64,000 nt of DNA, taken from contig JAEDDP010000004.1 of the NCBI GenBank assembly GCA_016297965.1, positions 15,661 through 79,660 on the forward strand, in the 5' to 3' direction. Made by a program: the position numbers and the translations under genes. This document shows, in pieces, positions 20,949 through 31,595 of the stretch; within the stretch, counting starts at the first letter, position 1; the number at the start of each line of letters is the position of its first letter. The stretch comes from Alphaproteobacteria bacterium. GTDB lineage: Bacteria; Pseudomonadota; Alphaproteobacteria; Rs-D84; CACZYB01. The notes under the pieces were generated by a model. That model worked only from the letters and a program-made list of their open reading frames with translations. It did no database searches and was not told where the DNA came from.

Positions 20949-21530
20949 ATGCAAAGAATATTTGTAATCGCAGGACCAACAAATGCCGGAAAAGACACTA
21001 TAATGCACCAATTATTGCCCGATACTTCCCTTAAACTTGTAAAGGTGGTAACCTCGGCATCGCGCCCTCCTCGCCCTGGTGAAGTTGATGGTGTTGACTA
21101 TCATTTCTATTCACGGGATGAATTTAAGAAAAAAATTGAAAATAACGAATTTTTTGAATGGGCCTTGGTTCATAATGATTATAAGGGCATTCAAAAATCA
21201 TCCATATACAACGATATTCCAAAGGACAAAGACATCCTTATCCAAGTTGATGTTCAAGGATATATGAATTTGAAACGCACACTTGATTTTTCAAATTACA
21301 AACTTATCGGAATCTTCATTCTTCCACCATCAATGGAGGAACTTAAACGAAGAATGACCCTTCGCGGTACCGAAAAGGACCCAAAGGATATAGAGATTCG
21401 CCTTGCCGATGCAAAGGTGGAAATTGATGACCGATATTTATTTGATTATATCGTTGTCAACGACAATTTGGAAACTGCCGTTGCCGAAGTCAAAAATATA
21501 ATTCACGAAAATCAACTTTCCGAATTTTAA
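20949..21530 (+). CDS. gmk: Guanylate kinase
   Basis: P-loop GPTNAGKDT, then SRPPRPGEVDGVDYHF and FFEWALVHNDYKG, typical of Gmk. Confidence 0.85.
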   Translation: MQRIFVIAGPTNAGKDTIMHQLLPDTSLKLVKVVTSASRPPRPGEVDGVDYHFYSRDEFKKKIENNEFFEWALVHNDYKGIQKSSIYNDIPKDKDILIQVDVQGYMNLKRTLDFSNYKLIGIFILPPSMEELKRRMTLRGTEKDPKDIEIRLADAKVEIDDRYLFDYIVVNDNLETAVAEVKNIIHENQLSEF

Positions 21531-22408
21531 GATTTTGACTTACTTTTTCTGTTTGTAAGGTATATCCCAAGCAATACCAATATTCCACCATATATTTGTG
21601 ATGAATAAATTTCCTCACCCAAAAGGAAATAAGCTTCAATTGAGCTGAATACCGGCATCAAATAGTATATAACACTTGATTTTAACGAACCAATTTTTTC
21701 AATGGAAAGATTCCAACACAAATATGAAATCACCGAATTAAACAACCCCATGTATACAAGTGTTCCAATCGTCAACATATCCCATTTATCACAAACTGGG
21801 CTATGAATTGTTTGCCAAACAAATAATGGAAGTATGAAAATTGTACCCACAAATATCATCATTGAAAGAAGTCCCGTTTGCGAAAATTCTTTTGGCTTTT
21901 TGGTCATAAGGACGCTGTAAATAGCAAATGATAAGGCAAGCATTAACATCCATAAATCACCAATTTTGAATGTAAGATTTGCCTTTAAAATATGTCCGTG
22001 AAGAATAATCACAACAACGCCCAAAAACGACAATACAATTCCAATAATTTGAAGCTTTGACACCTTTATTTTAAGGAATATCCGCGATAAAATCACAATA
22101 AACACTGGTCCCATCACACCAATCAACGACATTTCCACCGCGGAAATAGTTTGTGCTGCAACATAGGAAAAGGTATTCATCAAAATGATTCCAAAAATGG
22201 AATATAACAAAACCTTTTTCCAATATTTAAAATATATGTCTCCATTTTTATAAATTTCCTTTACCACAAACGGAAATAAAATAACCGATGCAAAAAACCA
22301 CCTGTAAAAAGAAATTTGCCATGGTGTAAACGTATCAACAAAATATTTTGCCACAATAACATTAAAGCTCCAAAAAAACACCGCCAAAACTGCATATACA
22401 TATCCCAT
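21527..22408 (-). CDS. EamA/DMT-family transporter
   Basis: About 10 predicted TM segments arranged as two EamA-like halves. Confidence 0.75.
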   Translation of the reverse strand: MGYVYAVLAVFFWSFNVIVAKYFVDTFTPWQISFYRWFFASVILFPFVVKEIYKNGDIYFKYWKKVLLYSIFGIILMNTFSYVAAQTISAVEMSLIGVMGPVFIVILSRIFLKIKVSKLQIIGIVLSFLGVVVIILHGHILKANLTFKIGDLWMLMLALSFAIYSVLMTKKPKEFSQTGLLSMMIFVGTIFILPLFVWQTIHSPVCDKWDMLTIGTLVYMGLFNSVISYLCWNLSIEKIGSLKSSVIYYLMPVFSSIEAYFLLGEEIYSSQIYGGILVLLGIYLTNRKSKSKS

Positions 22409-22411
22409 AAT

Positions 22412-23839
22412 CTACCCCTTTATTTTTTCATCTGAATTTATATTTACGGCTCTGCCCCCTATTGCCTTATAAAAAGTAATTAAATATTTATAAAGATTCG
22501 CATTAGAGTTCACCCAATTTGTTTGTGCCGACAACCGGTTTTGTTCGGATTCAAGAACCTGTGAATAATCAATCAAACCAAGTTCATATTTTTTCCAATT
22601 AAGTTCGGAAACAAGGCTCATACTTTCGTATGCCTCACGTGCGGACTTATTTATCTGGTATTCCTTTTCCACCGCAACAATTGCATTTCTTACCTCGGAA
22701 ACCGCAGTAAGTACTGTATTTTTATAATTTTCCAAACTTTCCTCGGTTAACAATTTTTGTATCCGAACATTTCGGCGAAGTTGCCCCCAATGAAAAATTG
22801 GAAAGGTTATACTTGGAATAATTGAACTTGCCGAACTGTCGCTATTTATAAGCTTTCGCCAAGGTTTTGATTCAAAACCCAAAAATCCAGACAATGAAAA
22901 TGTTGGATAAAGTTCACCAAGGGCAACTCCAATTTCTGCATTTTGAGCAATCAAATTTTCCTCTGCCACCTTTACATCCGGTCGGTTTCTTATAACTGAA
23001 ATTGGAAGTTTATATAATTTTTCCAAATCAAATGCGAATACATCACTTACGATATTCTTTTTATTTTCATATAAAACATCATCAATTTCCCCCGGAAGTT
23101 TACCAAGTATCACAGCCAATGAATTTGCATAAATTTCCCGTTGATATTCATATTCCGGAATTTGCATTTTTATTGTTTCCACCAAATATTTTGCTTGTGA
23201 TACACTTATTTCATCGGTAAGTGCAACATTATATTTTTCCAAAACTATATCGTATGCTTCCTCCTGTATAGCCAAATTTTCAATGGCATTTTTAAGCTGT
23301 TGTTCCGTATTGCGAAGATTAACATAAATTGTTGCCACCTCCGATACCAAGGACACATTTACATTTTTAAGGTTGTAAATTTCCGCCATAAATTGAGCTT
23401 TTGATGCTTCGGTTTTTCTTCGTGTACCGCCGAAAATATCAATTTCCCAGTTCATATCAAGTCCTACCTCATAAAAATTTGAATTAAGCAAGGTCCCCAT
23501 ATTTTTACTGTTATTCACCTTTGTATATTTACCAATAAAATCAAGTGTTGGAAAACCATTTTTCAATGTGATATTAAGGTTTTCCCGTGCCTGCTTTAAT
23601 TTCAAAATTGCAATTTTTATTGATGGACTGTCTTCTTGAACTTCATCCATAAAATTATTTAATGTTGCATCCCCAAAATCATACGGTGAAAAAGTATTTT
23701 CGGCATTTACCTTTTCAATATCATCAAGTCCAACCGATTTTTGTAATTCCTCATCATTAAACAACTTTGGGGTTGAATAATCCGGTCCAACAGTACACGC
23801 CGAAAGCAAAATAAAAGTTATCAAAAGCTGTTTTTTCAT
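22412..23839 (-). CDS. RND efflux outer-membrane factor lipoprotein (NodT/OprM family)
   Basis: Lipobox LLSAC after the start at 23839 (SD GAGGGG). The size and repeated OEP-like halves fit the family. It is the last gene of the adaptor-pump-OMF operon. Confidence 0.85.
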   Translation of the reverse strand: MKKQLLITFILLSACTVGPDYSTPKLFNDEELQKSVGLDDIEKVNAENTFSPYDFGDATLNNFMDEVQEDSPSIKIAILKLKQARENLNITLKNGFPTLDFIGKYTKVNNSKNMGTLLNSNFYEVGLDMNWEIDIFGGTRRKTEASKAQFMAEIYNLKNVNVSLVSEVATIYVNLRNTEQQLKNAIENLAIQEEAYDIVLEKYNVALTDEISVSQAKYLVETIKMQIPEYEYQREIYANSLAVILGKLPGEIDDVLYENKKNIVSDVFAFDLEKLYKLPISVIRNRPDVKVAEENLIAQNAEIGVALGELYPTFSLSGFLGFESKPWRKLINSDSSASSIIPSITFPIFHWGQLRRNVRIQKLLTEESLENYKNTVLTAVSEVRNAIVAVEKEYQINKSAREAYESMSLVSELNWKKYELGLIDYSQVLESEQNRLSAQTNWVNSNANLYKYLITFYKAIGGRAVNINSDEKIKG

Positions 23840-23858
23840 TTTTCCCCTCAAACTATTC

Positions 23859-26800
23859 CTATTTATCTTCATAGGTCAACAATTTCATTTGACTGTTATC
23901 ATCCGTTAAAACAGACACAGATTTTTTTGAAAACTTTGTAATAACTGTATCAAAAATTGCAAACAATACCGGAATAAAAATAATTCCAATAACCGTTGCA
24001 AACAACATTCCAAAAAATACACTTGTTCCCATTGAAACCTGTGATGCGGCACCAGCACCCGTTGCAAATACCATTGGAATCACACCTAAAATAAATGTAA
24101 ATGCAGTCATCAAAACGGCACGGTATCTTTCCCCTGCCCCATCAACCGAAGCCTTTACAATATCGTATCCTTTCTTTCTGTAATCAAGTGTAAATTCCAC
24201 AATCAAAATTGCATTTTTACTTGCCAATCCAATAAGAAGTACTATTCCAAGTTGTGCATATATTGAAAGTGGCAATGACAACATCAACAATCCTATCAAT
24301 GCCCCCATAATGGCAAATATATTTGAAAACATAACCGATAATGCGACAAGCCAACTTTCATATAATGCAACAAGAAACAAATAACCAAATATAAAGGCAA
24401 GTCCGATAAGTATCACAATCAACCCTTGGGTTTCAACTTCCTGTAAACTTAACCCAGTCCATGAAATTGAATAGTTCTTCCCAAGTTTTTTTGCTAAATC
24501 TTCAATAACGGAAATTGCCTGACCTGTACTTACATTTTCTTTTGTTGATGCAGTAATTGACGCACTTAAATATTGATTAAATCTGTAAAATATTTTTGGG
24601 ACAAGCACCATTGAAAGTTTTGAAATTTCCTTCACTTGAATAAGTTTTCCCTTACCTGATTTAACATAGGTATTTAAAATATCGGCAAAATCCTTTCGGT
24701 ATGGAAAATCCGATTGAACAATCACTTTATTTATTTGCCCAAGCGAGGTTATATTGTTTACATAAACCGAACCTAAATTTGCCTGTAATACGGTAAATAA
24801 TGTTGAAACCGGAGTATTAAGGCTTTCAAGCTTTGTCCTATCTACATCCAAAAATATATGTGGTGTTCCGGCAGTAAACCCAGAAAATGCAAATTCAAAG
24901 ATTGGTGAACGATTAAGGTTAAATAAAAATTCTTCTAAAACCTTATACAATTCATCACTTGAAATTGCCTGATTAAAGGCGTTAAGTTGGAAACTTAAAC
25001 CACTGGAATTTCCAACACCTGGAATTGCCGGTAATGAATAAAAATCAATGGTCGCAGACATATCACCAGCATAAAGTTTCCTTAATTTTGACTGTATTGC
25101 CGTTTGTGAAAGGTCCTTACTTTCACGCTTATCCCAATCGGAAAGTCCAATCACACCCATACCAATATTTTCGCCACCACCACCCATAAGGCTTGTTCCG
25201 GAAATTCCAATAAAGAAATCCACACCCTTTTGTTTAAGGACCTTATTCGCCATATTGGAAAGAAGTTGTTTTGTTTGATTCAAACTGGCATTATCCGGAA
25301 GTTGTACATTCGCAAAAATAAGCCCCTGATCTTCCTGCGGTATAAACGAAGTCGGTGTAATTTTAAAAAGGTAAATAATTACACAAATCACAACACCAAT
25401 AATCCCAAGCGACATTTTCATATGACGACAAAAAAACGAAACCACCAACAAATACTTTTCCTTTGTGTAATCCAAAACCTTATCAAACATAACAAAAAAT
25501 TTCGCCTTTGTTTGTGGTTTATTTTTCAAAAATATTGCACACAAAGCAGGACTTAATGTTAACGCATTAACAGATGAAAAACTTACCGCCGTTGCTATGG
25601 TTACGGCAAATTGTTTGTAAATTTCACCGGTTAATCCAGCCATCAATCCAACCGGTATAAATATTGATAATAAAACAAGTGTTGTCGCCACAACTGCCCC
25701 GCCGATTTCTTGCATCGCCTTTTCCGATGCCTCGGTTGAATTAAGATTTTTATATTTCATAAGGTATTCAACACGTTCTACCACAACAATGGCATCATCC
25801 ACGACAAGACCAATCGCCAAAATCATTGCAAACAGGGTAAGAATATTTATATTGAATTTCAAAAGGTATATAACTGCAAATGTCGCAATCAATGAAACCG
25901 GAATTGTAATTGTCGGAATAAGTGTTGACCATGGATTTTGCAAAAACAAATACACCACCAACACCACAAGGGCAAACGTTAAAAATAATGTTGAAATAAT
26001 ACTTTGAATTGAGGCACGAACATATTTTGTTGAATCATAAATTATTTCAAATTGCATATCATTCGGAAATGAGTTTTTAAGGTTTTCCATTTCCGTTTTA
26101 AGGTCCTTCATAATATTAAGGCTGTTTGTATTCGGCATCTGACTTAATCCAATAACAACCGCCGGTGAATTATTAAAATCTGCCTCTACATTATACGAAC
26201 TTGCACCAATGGCAACATTCGCCACATCTTTAAGTCGCACAATCGCACCATCGGAACCCGTTGCCACAATAATATTTTCAAAATCCGAAATTTTGTTAAG
26301 TTGCCCCTGAGTCATAAGAGATAAAACCAAATTTGTATCCTTTGCACTTGGCGCACTTCCTATACTTCCAACACCCGCCTGTATATTTTGACTTGAAATT
26401 GCACTTATCACATCTTCGGAGGTTAAGTTTAATGATGCAAGTTTATGTGGATTCATCCAAACCCTTATACTATACTGCGGACCATAAATATTAACATCAC
26501 TTACACCTGGAACACGCCCCAATGGATTTTGAACATTCGTGTATGCAAAATTACTTAAATACAAATTATCATAGGTATTATTTTGCGACCGAAGAATAAT
26601 CATTCCCAAAATATTTGATGACTGACTCTTTACCGTCAAACCTTCCTTTGTCACAATTTCCGGAAGAATTGATGTTATCTGTTGAAGACGGTTTTCAACC
26701 TTTACCTGCGCAATATCCGGATTCGTGCCAATATTAAATGTAATGGTAAGTTGATAAAGTCCATTGTCATCTGAGGTTGATGACATATAAAGCATATTTT

Positions 26801-27026
26801 CAACACCATTCACCGCATTTTCAATTGGTACCGCCACCGTATTCATAATGGTCGTTGCATTTGCCCCTGGATATGTTGCTTTTACCAAAATTTGTGGCGG
26901 AGTAATTTGTGGGTATTCCGAAACCGGCAAAACAATAATTGCCATCAATCCAAACAAAACCATTACAAGGGCAATAACTATTGCAAACCTTGGTCGCTTA
27001 ATAAAAAAGGAAGAAAAATTATTCAT
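23859..27026 (-). CDS. RND multidrug efflux pump (AcrB/HAE1 family)
   Basis: 1055 aa with 12-TM architecture and two large periplasmic loops. N-terminus FFIKRPRFAIVIALVMVLFG. Confidence 0.93.
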   Translation of the reverse strand: MNNFSSFFIKRPRFAIVIALVMVLFGLMAIIVLPVSEYPQITPPQILVKATYPGANATTIMNTVAVPIENAVNGVENMLYMSSTSDDNGLYQLTITFNIGTNPDIAQVKVENRLQQITSILPEIVTKEGLTVKSQSSNILGMIILRSQNNTYDNLYLSNFAYTNVQNPLGRVPGVSDVNIYGPQYSIRVWMNPHKLASLNLTSEDVISAISSQNIQAGVGSIGSAPSAKDTNLVLSLMTQGQLNKISDFENIIVATGSDGAIVRLKDVANVAIGASSYNVEADFNNSPAVVIGLSQMPNTNSLNIMKDLKTEMENLKNSFPNDMQFEIIYDSTKYVRASIQSIISTLFLTFALVVLVVYLFLQNPWSTLIPTITIPVSLIATFAVIYLLKFNINILTLFAMILAIGLVVDDAIVVVERVEYLMKYKNLNSTEASEKAMQEIGGAVVATTLVLLSIFIPVGLMAGLTGEIYKQFAVTIATAVSFSSVNALTLSPALCAIFLKNKPQTKAKFFVMFDKVLDYTKEKYLLVVSFFCRHMKMSLGIIGVVICVIIYLFKITPTSFIPQEDQGLIFANVQLPDNASLNQTKQLLSNMANKVLKQKGVDFFIGISGTSLMGGGGENIGMGVIGLSDWDKRESKDLSQTAIQSKLRKLYAGDMSATIDFYSLPAIPGVGNSSGLSFQLNAFNQAISSDELYKVLEEFLFNLNRSPIFEFAFSGFTAGTPHIFLDVDRTKLESLNTPVSTLFTVLQANLGSVYVNNITSLGQINKVIVQSDFPYRKDFADILNTYVKSGKGKLIQVKEISKLSMVLVPKIFYRFNQYLSASITASTKENVSTGQAISVIEDLAKKLGKNYSISWTGLSLQEVETQGLIVILIGLAFIFGYLFLVALYESWLVALSVMFSNIFAIMGALIGLLMLSLPLSIYAQLGIVLLIGLASKNAILIVEFTLDYRKKGYDIVKASVDGAGERYRAVLMTAFTFILGVIPMVFATGAGAASQVSMGTSVFFGMLFATVIGIIFIPVLFAIFDTVITKFSKKSVSVLTDDNSQMKLLTYEDK

Positions 27027-27031
27027 TTATT

Positions 27032-28147
27032 CTACTCCTTCGCATAAATGTTTTGCTTTAAATCAAATTCGGACAATGTATCCAAAACCACCACATCATC
27101 GGCAACCAAGCCCTCATCAACAACAAAATTATTGTTAATTGTTTGACCTATTGAAACCACTCTCTTTTCAGCTTTGTTATCCTTTAAAATATAGACATAG
27201 GTTTCCGTTGGTGTGAAATAAACCGCACTTTGTGGAAGCAAGATTGCATTATCAATAACCCGTTCCATAATCACATCAACATACGAATTTGCCACCAAAA
27301 TTTTATCTGGATTTTTAAAATCAGCATAAACTTTTATTGAACTTGTAAGTGGTGATACTTCATTGTCAAGGAACTTTATCTGCCCCACTTCATTATATAA
27401 ATTGTCATTTGCCAACTTTAATTTTACATTCCAACCATCAAAAAACTTCTTTGATTTTGCCGATAACATTTCATTCATATATTCTTTATCCGCAATGGAA
27501 AAAACAACTCTGATTGGGTTAAATTGAATTATTTTCACCAACGGACTTCCTTCCGGTGAAACATAATCACCCTTTGTAATTGAAACATCACCCACGGTTC
27601 CATTTATCGTAGATGATACAACAGTATAGTCATAATTGATTCGGCTAAGTTCATAATTGGAAATTGCCGAAGCTAAGTTCGCCTGAGATGAAAGAAAAGA
27701 GGTTCTTGCATTATCAATATCATTTTTTGATACTGCCTTACTTCCAGCCTGTTGCATTCGTTCATAAAATCTTTTTGCATTATCAAAGTTTACCTTTGCA
27801 TCCAATACACCGGCATAGGCACTGTCAACATCCGCCTTATACTTTGCCTGCCGGATAATGAAAAGAGTATCCCCAATCCTAACATCTTGCCCACCACGAA
27901 CCAAAACCTTATCAATAAAACCAGAAATAAAAGGCAACACCGCCACAGATTTAATAGGAACAATATTTCCAATGTATTTTTTTGATACAGTTATTTGTTC
28001 CGGTTGAACTTTTTTTACATTCACAATAATTGAATTGTAATCCGAAAAAATGCTTGATGACTTTGCCCTAAAAAGGTATCCGTAAAGGAAAACCCCCGCC
28101 ACCAAAAGTAATACTATTGAAATAATAATTCGTAATATTTTGCCCAT
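27032..28147 (-). CDS. RND efflux periplasmic adaptor (AcrA/HlyD_D23 family)
   Basis: N-terminal TM anchor, then lipoyl / alpha-hairpin / beta-barrel pattern. Start chosen at M19 (28147) behind the SD GGAGAGGG. Confidence 0.85.
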   Translation of the reverse strand: MGKILRIIISIVLLLVAGVFLYGYLFRAKSSSIFSDYNSIIVNVKKVQPEQITVSKKYIGNIVPIKSVAVLPFISGFIDKVLVRGGQDVRIGDTLFIIRQAKYKADVDSAYAGVLDAKVNFDNAKRFYERMQQAGSKAVSKNDIDNARTSFLSSQANLASAISNYELSRINYDYTVVSSTINGTVGDVSITKGDYVSPEGSPLVKIIQFNPIRVVFSIADKEYMNEMLSAKSKKFFDGWNVKLKLANDNLYNEVGQIKFLDNEVSPLTSSIKVYADFKNPDKILVANSYVDVIMERVIDNAILLPQSAVYFTPTETYVYILKDNKAEKRVVSIGQTINNNFVVDEGLVADDVVVLDTLSEFDLKQNIYAKE

Positions 28148-28223
28148 TTTACCCTCTCCAATCTTCACATCTATTGTAAAGATTGCGAAAGGATTCGGCA
28201 ATAATCAGATATTCCTAAGCAAG

Positions 28224-28892
28224 TTAAGCCGTCAATATTTTACAGTCATCATCAACAATCAAATCCGCCTCGGTTGATGAAATAACATCTTCCAACGAAG
28301 AATACGGACTTACTTCACGTAAATGAAGACCATCTTCCTTTACCCTTATAACTGCCTTTTCGGTAATAATTAAATCCACCGCCGAAACCGCAGTCAATGG
28401 CAAAGAACATTGATGAAGAATTTTTGGGCTTCCATCCTTTACATTATGTTCCATCGCAATAATAACTTCTTGCGCACCAATAACCAAATCCATCGCGCCA
28501 CCCATTCCCGGAACAAATTTTCCAGGAATAAGATAGTTTGCAAGGTTTCCTTTTTCATCAACCTGTAATGCACCAAGCACTGTTTTATTGATGTGTCCAC
28601 CACGTATCATTGTGAATGACATAGAACTGTCAAAAAAGGCACCACCATTTAATACTGTTGCCAAATTTCCACCGGCATCAGTTATTCTTTCATCCCTATT
28701 TGTTTCATCCGGTCTTGGTCCACAACAAACGATTCCATTTTCCGCCTGAATTGAAATGTGAACCCCATCCGGCACATAATTCGCCGCCAATGTTGGCATT
28801 CCAATACCAAGTGTAACAATATCCCCATCCTTAAATTCTTGGGCTACACGCCGTACAATATATTCACGAATTTGTTCCTTTGAAAGCTCCAT
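28224..28892 (-). CDS. 3-oxoacid/acetate CoA-transferase subunit B
   Basis: Catalytic-Glu motif QAENGI (SENG-type). It is adjacent to subunit A with a 1-nt gap. Confidence 0.9.
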   Translation of the reverse strand: MELSKEQIREYIVRRVAQEFKDGDIVTLGIGMPTLAANYVPDGVHISIQAENGIVCCGPRPDETNRDERITDAGGNLATVLNGGAFFDSSMSFTMIRGGHINKTVLGALQVDEKGNLANYLIPGKFVPGMGGAMDLVIGAQEVIIAMEHNVKDGSPKILHQCSLPLTAVSAVDLIITEKAVIRVKEDGLHLREVSPYSSLEDVISSTEADLIVDDDCKILTA

Positions 28893-28893
28893 T

Positions 28894-29544
28894 TTATTTT
28901 TCCTTTTTCACAATATAGTCAATAAAAAGCCCCGGAATAACAACTTCGTTCGGGTCAAGATAGCCATCAATATATTCATCCGCCTCAACAATAACAACAT
29001 CCGCCGCCGTCGCCATCACCACATTTGTATTCCGTGTTGTTCCAATAAATGAAACATTTCCGTTTCTGTCAACCTTTGAACCATAAATAAGAGCTACATC
29101 ACCCCTTAATGGCTTTTCAAGAAGGTAATCCTTTCCATCAACATTTACAACTTGCTTTCCCTTTTGAACTTCGGTTCCAATACCCGTTGGAGTAAGCACA
29201 CCGCCAAGTCCGGCACCCGCCGCACGGATTCGCTCACACAAAGTTCCCTGTGGAACAAGCTCCACCTCCATTTCACCGGCATTCATTTGACGACCAGTTT
29301 CAGGGTTAAGCCCAATATGCGAAGCAATAACCTTTTTCACCCTTTTGTTTACAACCAACAATCCCCTGTCTGAATCAACAAGTGATGTATCATTTCCAAC
29401 AAGGGTTAAATCTTTTGTATCAGTTTTAAGGATTTCTTTTATAACTTCCTTTGGTGTCCCACATTTAAGGAAACCACCAACGAATAAAGTCATTCCAGAT
29501 TTAATAAAGGAACAAGCCTGTACCGCAGATATTATTTTTGCCAT
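28894..29544 (-). CDS. 3-oxoacid/acetate CoA-transferase subunit A
   Basis: MTLFVGGFLKCGTP N-terminal glycine motif; family I CoA-transferase A pattern. Confidence 0.9.
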   Translation of the reverse strand: MAKIISAVQACSFIKSGMTLFVGGFLKCGTPKEVIKEILKTDTKDLTLVGNDTSLVDSDRGLLVVNKRVKKVIASHIGLNPETGRQMNAGEMEVELVPQGTLCERIRAAGAGLGGVLTPTGIGTEVQKGKQVVNVDGKDYLLEKPLRGDVALIYGSKVDRNGNVSFIGTTRNTNVVMATAADVVIVEADEYIDGYLDPNEVVIPGLFIDYIVKKEK

Positions 29545-29623
29545 TTATACTTCCAACAATTAAACAATAATGGTTCATTTTACCGTCAATTATGAAAAAT
29601 TTCAATAAAAACCATACAGAAAT

Positions 29624-29726
29624 AAAAAATCACTTTAAAGGTCATCACCCTTTCAAAGTGTTATTAAGTTATCTACCATCAATGTATATAAATATAATAT
29701 CACGATTCGTGAAATAATGCAAGGGG
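29624..29726 (-). repeat. Copy 2 of the ~102-nt intergenic element (candidate sRNA unit)
   Basis: Same layout as copy 1 on the minus strand. It differs at 4 positions from the copy at 49224. Confidence 0.85.
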
Positions 29727-29816
29727 TTATTTTATATTTTTATAAAACATCAACCAAAAAGAAAAACTCCCACAAAAATCTGATGGGAGTTTCTAAAAAA
29801 GGTATTCCTTTATAAT

Positions 29817-30302
29817 TTATCTTGATTTATTCATCGCATCTGAAATCAAGCTTGCAATTTCATTACTGTTAAGTGATGAAATTAAATCTTGCCAACAATC
29901 TTGACATTTCCACATATCGCAACAAATACCTTCACAATCTTTATTTGCAAATCTTGAACGTTCACGAATAAATGATTGAACATTTTTATCAATATTTGCA
30001 TTTTCAGCCATCGGACAAACACCATTCTTTAAATTCATAGTTTTAAGAAGCTTTTCAACATTATCACGAACTTCCTTACTTTCAAATTCATAACCATCCA
30101 ATCTTGAATAAAGTTCCCAAATTCTTTTATCTCTTGCATTTGCTAAAACAGTACTAATGTTTGTTTCTTTTTCGCTTGGGATATAGGTTTCATTATCAAT
30201 TGAAACAATACCTTCCCTATTACGTTTAATCAAATCATCAATACCTTGAATTTTTTCAATTTCTTTTTTGGCTTTTGCTGTTAATTTAAAAACTTTTTTC
30301 AT
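29817..30302 (-). CDS. Hypothetical protein (161 aa) with a Cys-rich C-terminal segment
   Basis: ORF with SD AAGGA. CEGICCDMWKCQDCW cluster. No recognised family. Confidence 0.5.
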   Translation of the reverse strand: MKKVFKLTAKAKKEIEKIQGIDDLIKRNREGIVSIDNETYIPSEKETNISTVLANARDKRIWELYSRLDGYEFESKEVRDNVEKLLKTMNLKNGVCPMAENANIDKNVQSFIRERSRFANKDCEGICCDMWKCQDCWQDLISSLNSNEIASLISDAMNKSR

Positions 30303-30460
30303 CTTTTATCCTTAATTATTATATTTTTAATTCAATTTCCGATTCTTTTCTTAAATCACGATAATTATATTAACAAAAAAAACATATTTGTCAATATAAT
30401 TTTATAAAAAATCCTTTGATTCTTGCCACCAACCTGTGCTATAATAGAAAAATCATTTAC

Positions 30461-30550
30461 GGAAAGGTGGCAGAGTGGTTGAATGCGGCGGCCTCGAAAA
30501 CCGTTATGGGGGCAACTCCATCGGGGGTTCAAATCCCTTCCTTTCCGCCA
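30461..30550 (+). tRNA. tRNA-Ser (anticodon CGA), long variable arm, CCA encoded
   Basis: Acceptor GGAAAGG/CCTTTCC, anticodon loop CTCGAAA, long variable arm GGGGGCAACTCCATC, and T-arm GGGGG-TTCAAAT-CCCTT (stem closed by a G-T wobble). Confidence 0.9.
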
Positions 30551-30574
30551 TAATTTTAATTTAAAAATTTTTCT

Positions 30575-30603
30575 TTGCATTTTTTCCTAATATTTGCTAT
30601 AAA
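30575..30603 (+). promoter_or_regulatory. sigma70-like promoter for the small lipoprotein gene
   Basis: TTGCAT (30575..30580), a 17-nt spacer, then TATAAA (30598..30603). Confidence 0.5.
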
Positions 30604-30657
30604 ACAGATACTTTCTTTTAAAAAGAGAGAGTAGTAAAAACGAAAGGAAAAATAAAA

Positions 30658-30807
30658 ATGAAAAAATTAACACTTATCGCATTATTATTTACACTTGCTG
30701 CATGTACTGGTACACGTGGAAAAATCGGTTCACAAAAAGTTTGCACAAATGACTACCTTCTTGGTGTTATTTCTATTTCTGAACTTATCAGCCCATGCGG
30801 AAAATAA
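30658..30807 (+). CDS. Small lipoprotein (49 aa), below the ORF-track size cutoff
   Basis: MKKLTLIALLFTLAAC with lipobox LAAC. The SD AAAGGAAAA lies upstream, and an intrinsic terminator follows immediately. Confidence 0.6.
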   Translation: MKKLTLIALLFTLAACTGTRGKIGSQKVCTNDYLLGVISISELISPCGK

Positions 30808-30827
30808 GTTTTTATTAAGAAAAAAAT

Positions 30828-30856
30828 ATCCCCCAATTCAACGGGGGATTTTTTTT
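30828..30856. terminator. Bidirectional intrinsic terminator (small lipoprotein gene / marC)
   Basis: ATCCCCC-aattcaac-GGGGGAT flanked by A6 and T8. Confidence 0.8.
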
Positions 30857-31439
30857 AAATCTGTTCAACAATATAAGTTATATTCGTTATAAAAAGTTTA
30901 AGTGCAATTGAAAGCAAAATCACACCAAAAAACTTTTGCATCATATAAATAATTGCATCACCCAAAAACTTTTCAATATAATCAATGCTTGCAATAATTA
31001 TGAATATAAGTACAACATTCAATCCCATCGCAATAAGCATATTTATATCCGCATATTGTGCACGGATGGAAAGAACCGTCGTAAACACCCCCGCACCGGT
31101 AAGAAGCGGAAACACAACCGGTATAAATGTTGCATCATTGCCTTCTGTTTTACTGTCCCTGAAAATAGCAATATTAAGTGTCATTTCCAATCCAATAACA
31201 AAAATAACGATGGAACCGGCAACGGCAAACGATGGCAAATCAATATGAAAAAGCCTAAGCATTACATCCCCAACATAAAAGAATATAAGAAGCATTACAG
31301 AAGAATACAACGCCGCCTTTGATGCAGAAATTGTTTTCCCCTGCTTTTTCAAATTTATAATTGTTGGCATTGCCGCAAAGGCATCAATAATCGCAAAAAG
31401 TACCAAAAAGGCACCAATAATTTCATTTACATTCAACAT
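30855..31439 (-). CDS. MarC-family (UPF0056) integral membrane protein
   Basis: 194 aa with 6 TM segments and a MarC-like N-terminal pattern (FLVLFAIIDAFAAMPTIINL). Confidence 0.75.
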   Translation of the reverse strand: MLNVNEIIGAFLVLFAIIDAFAAMPTIINLKKQGKTISASKAALYSSVMLLIFFYVGDVMLRLFHIDLPSFAVAGSIVIFVIGLEMTLNIAIFRDSKTEGNDATFIPVVFPLLTGAGVFTTVLSIRAQYADINMLIAMGLNVVLIFIIIASIDYIEKFLGDAIIYMMQKFFGVILLSIALKLFITNITYIVEQI

Positions 31440-31595
31440 ATCATTTTCCTTATTTTATCTTTTTAGATTGAAGAGAATATAACTAAAAAATTTAAAATCA
31501 AGCAAAATAATAAAAGTATTTTATCCACATAATAATTATTGATACACACCCAAATTTTATGTATAATAAAAGTGAAAGATAAGGAGAATTCAAAA

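Noticed and set aside
30365-30580. The 71-aa minus-strand ORF overlapping tRNA-Ser(CGA), and likewise 63250..63444 overlapping tRNA-Ser(UGA).
   Set aside because: Both run antisense through well-folded tRNA genes. They are typical spurious ORFs.
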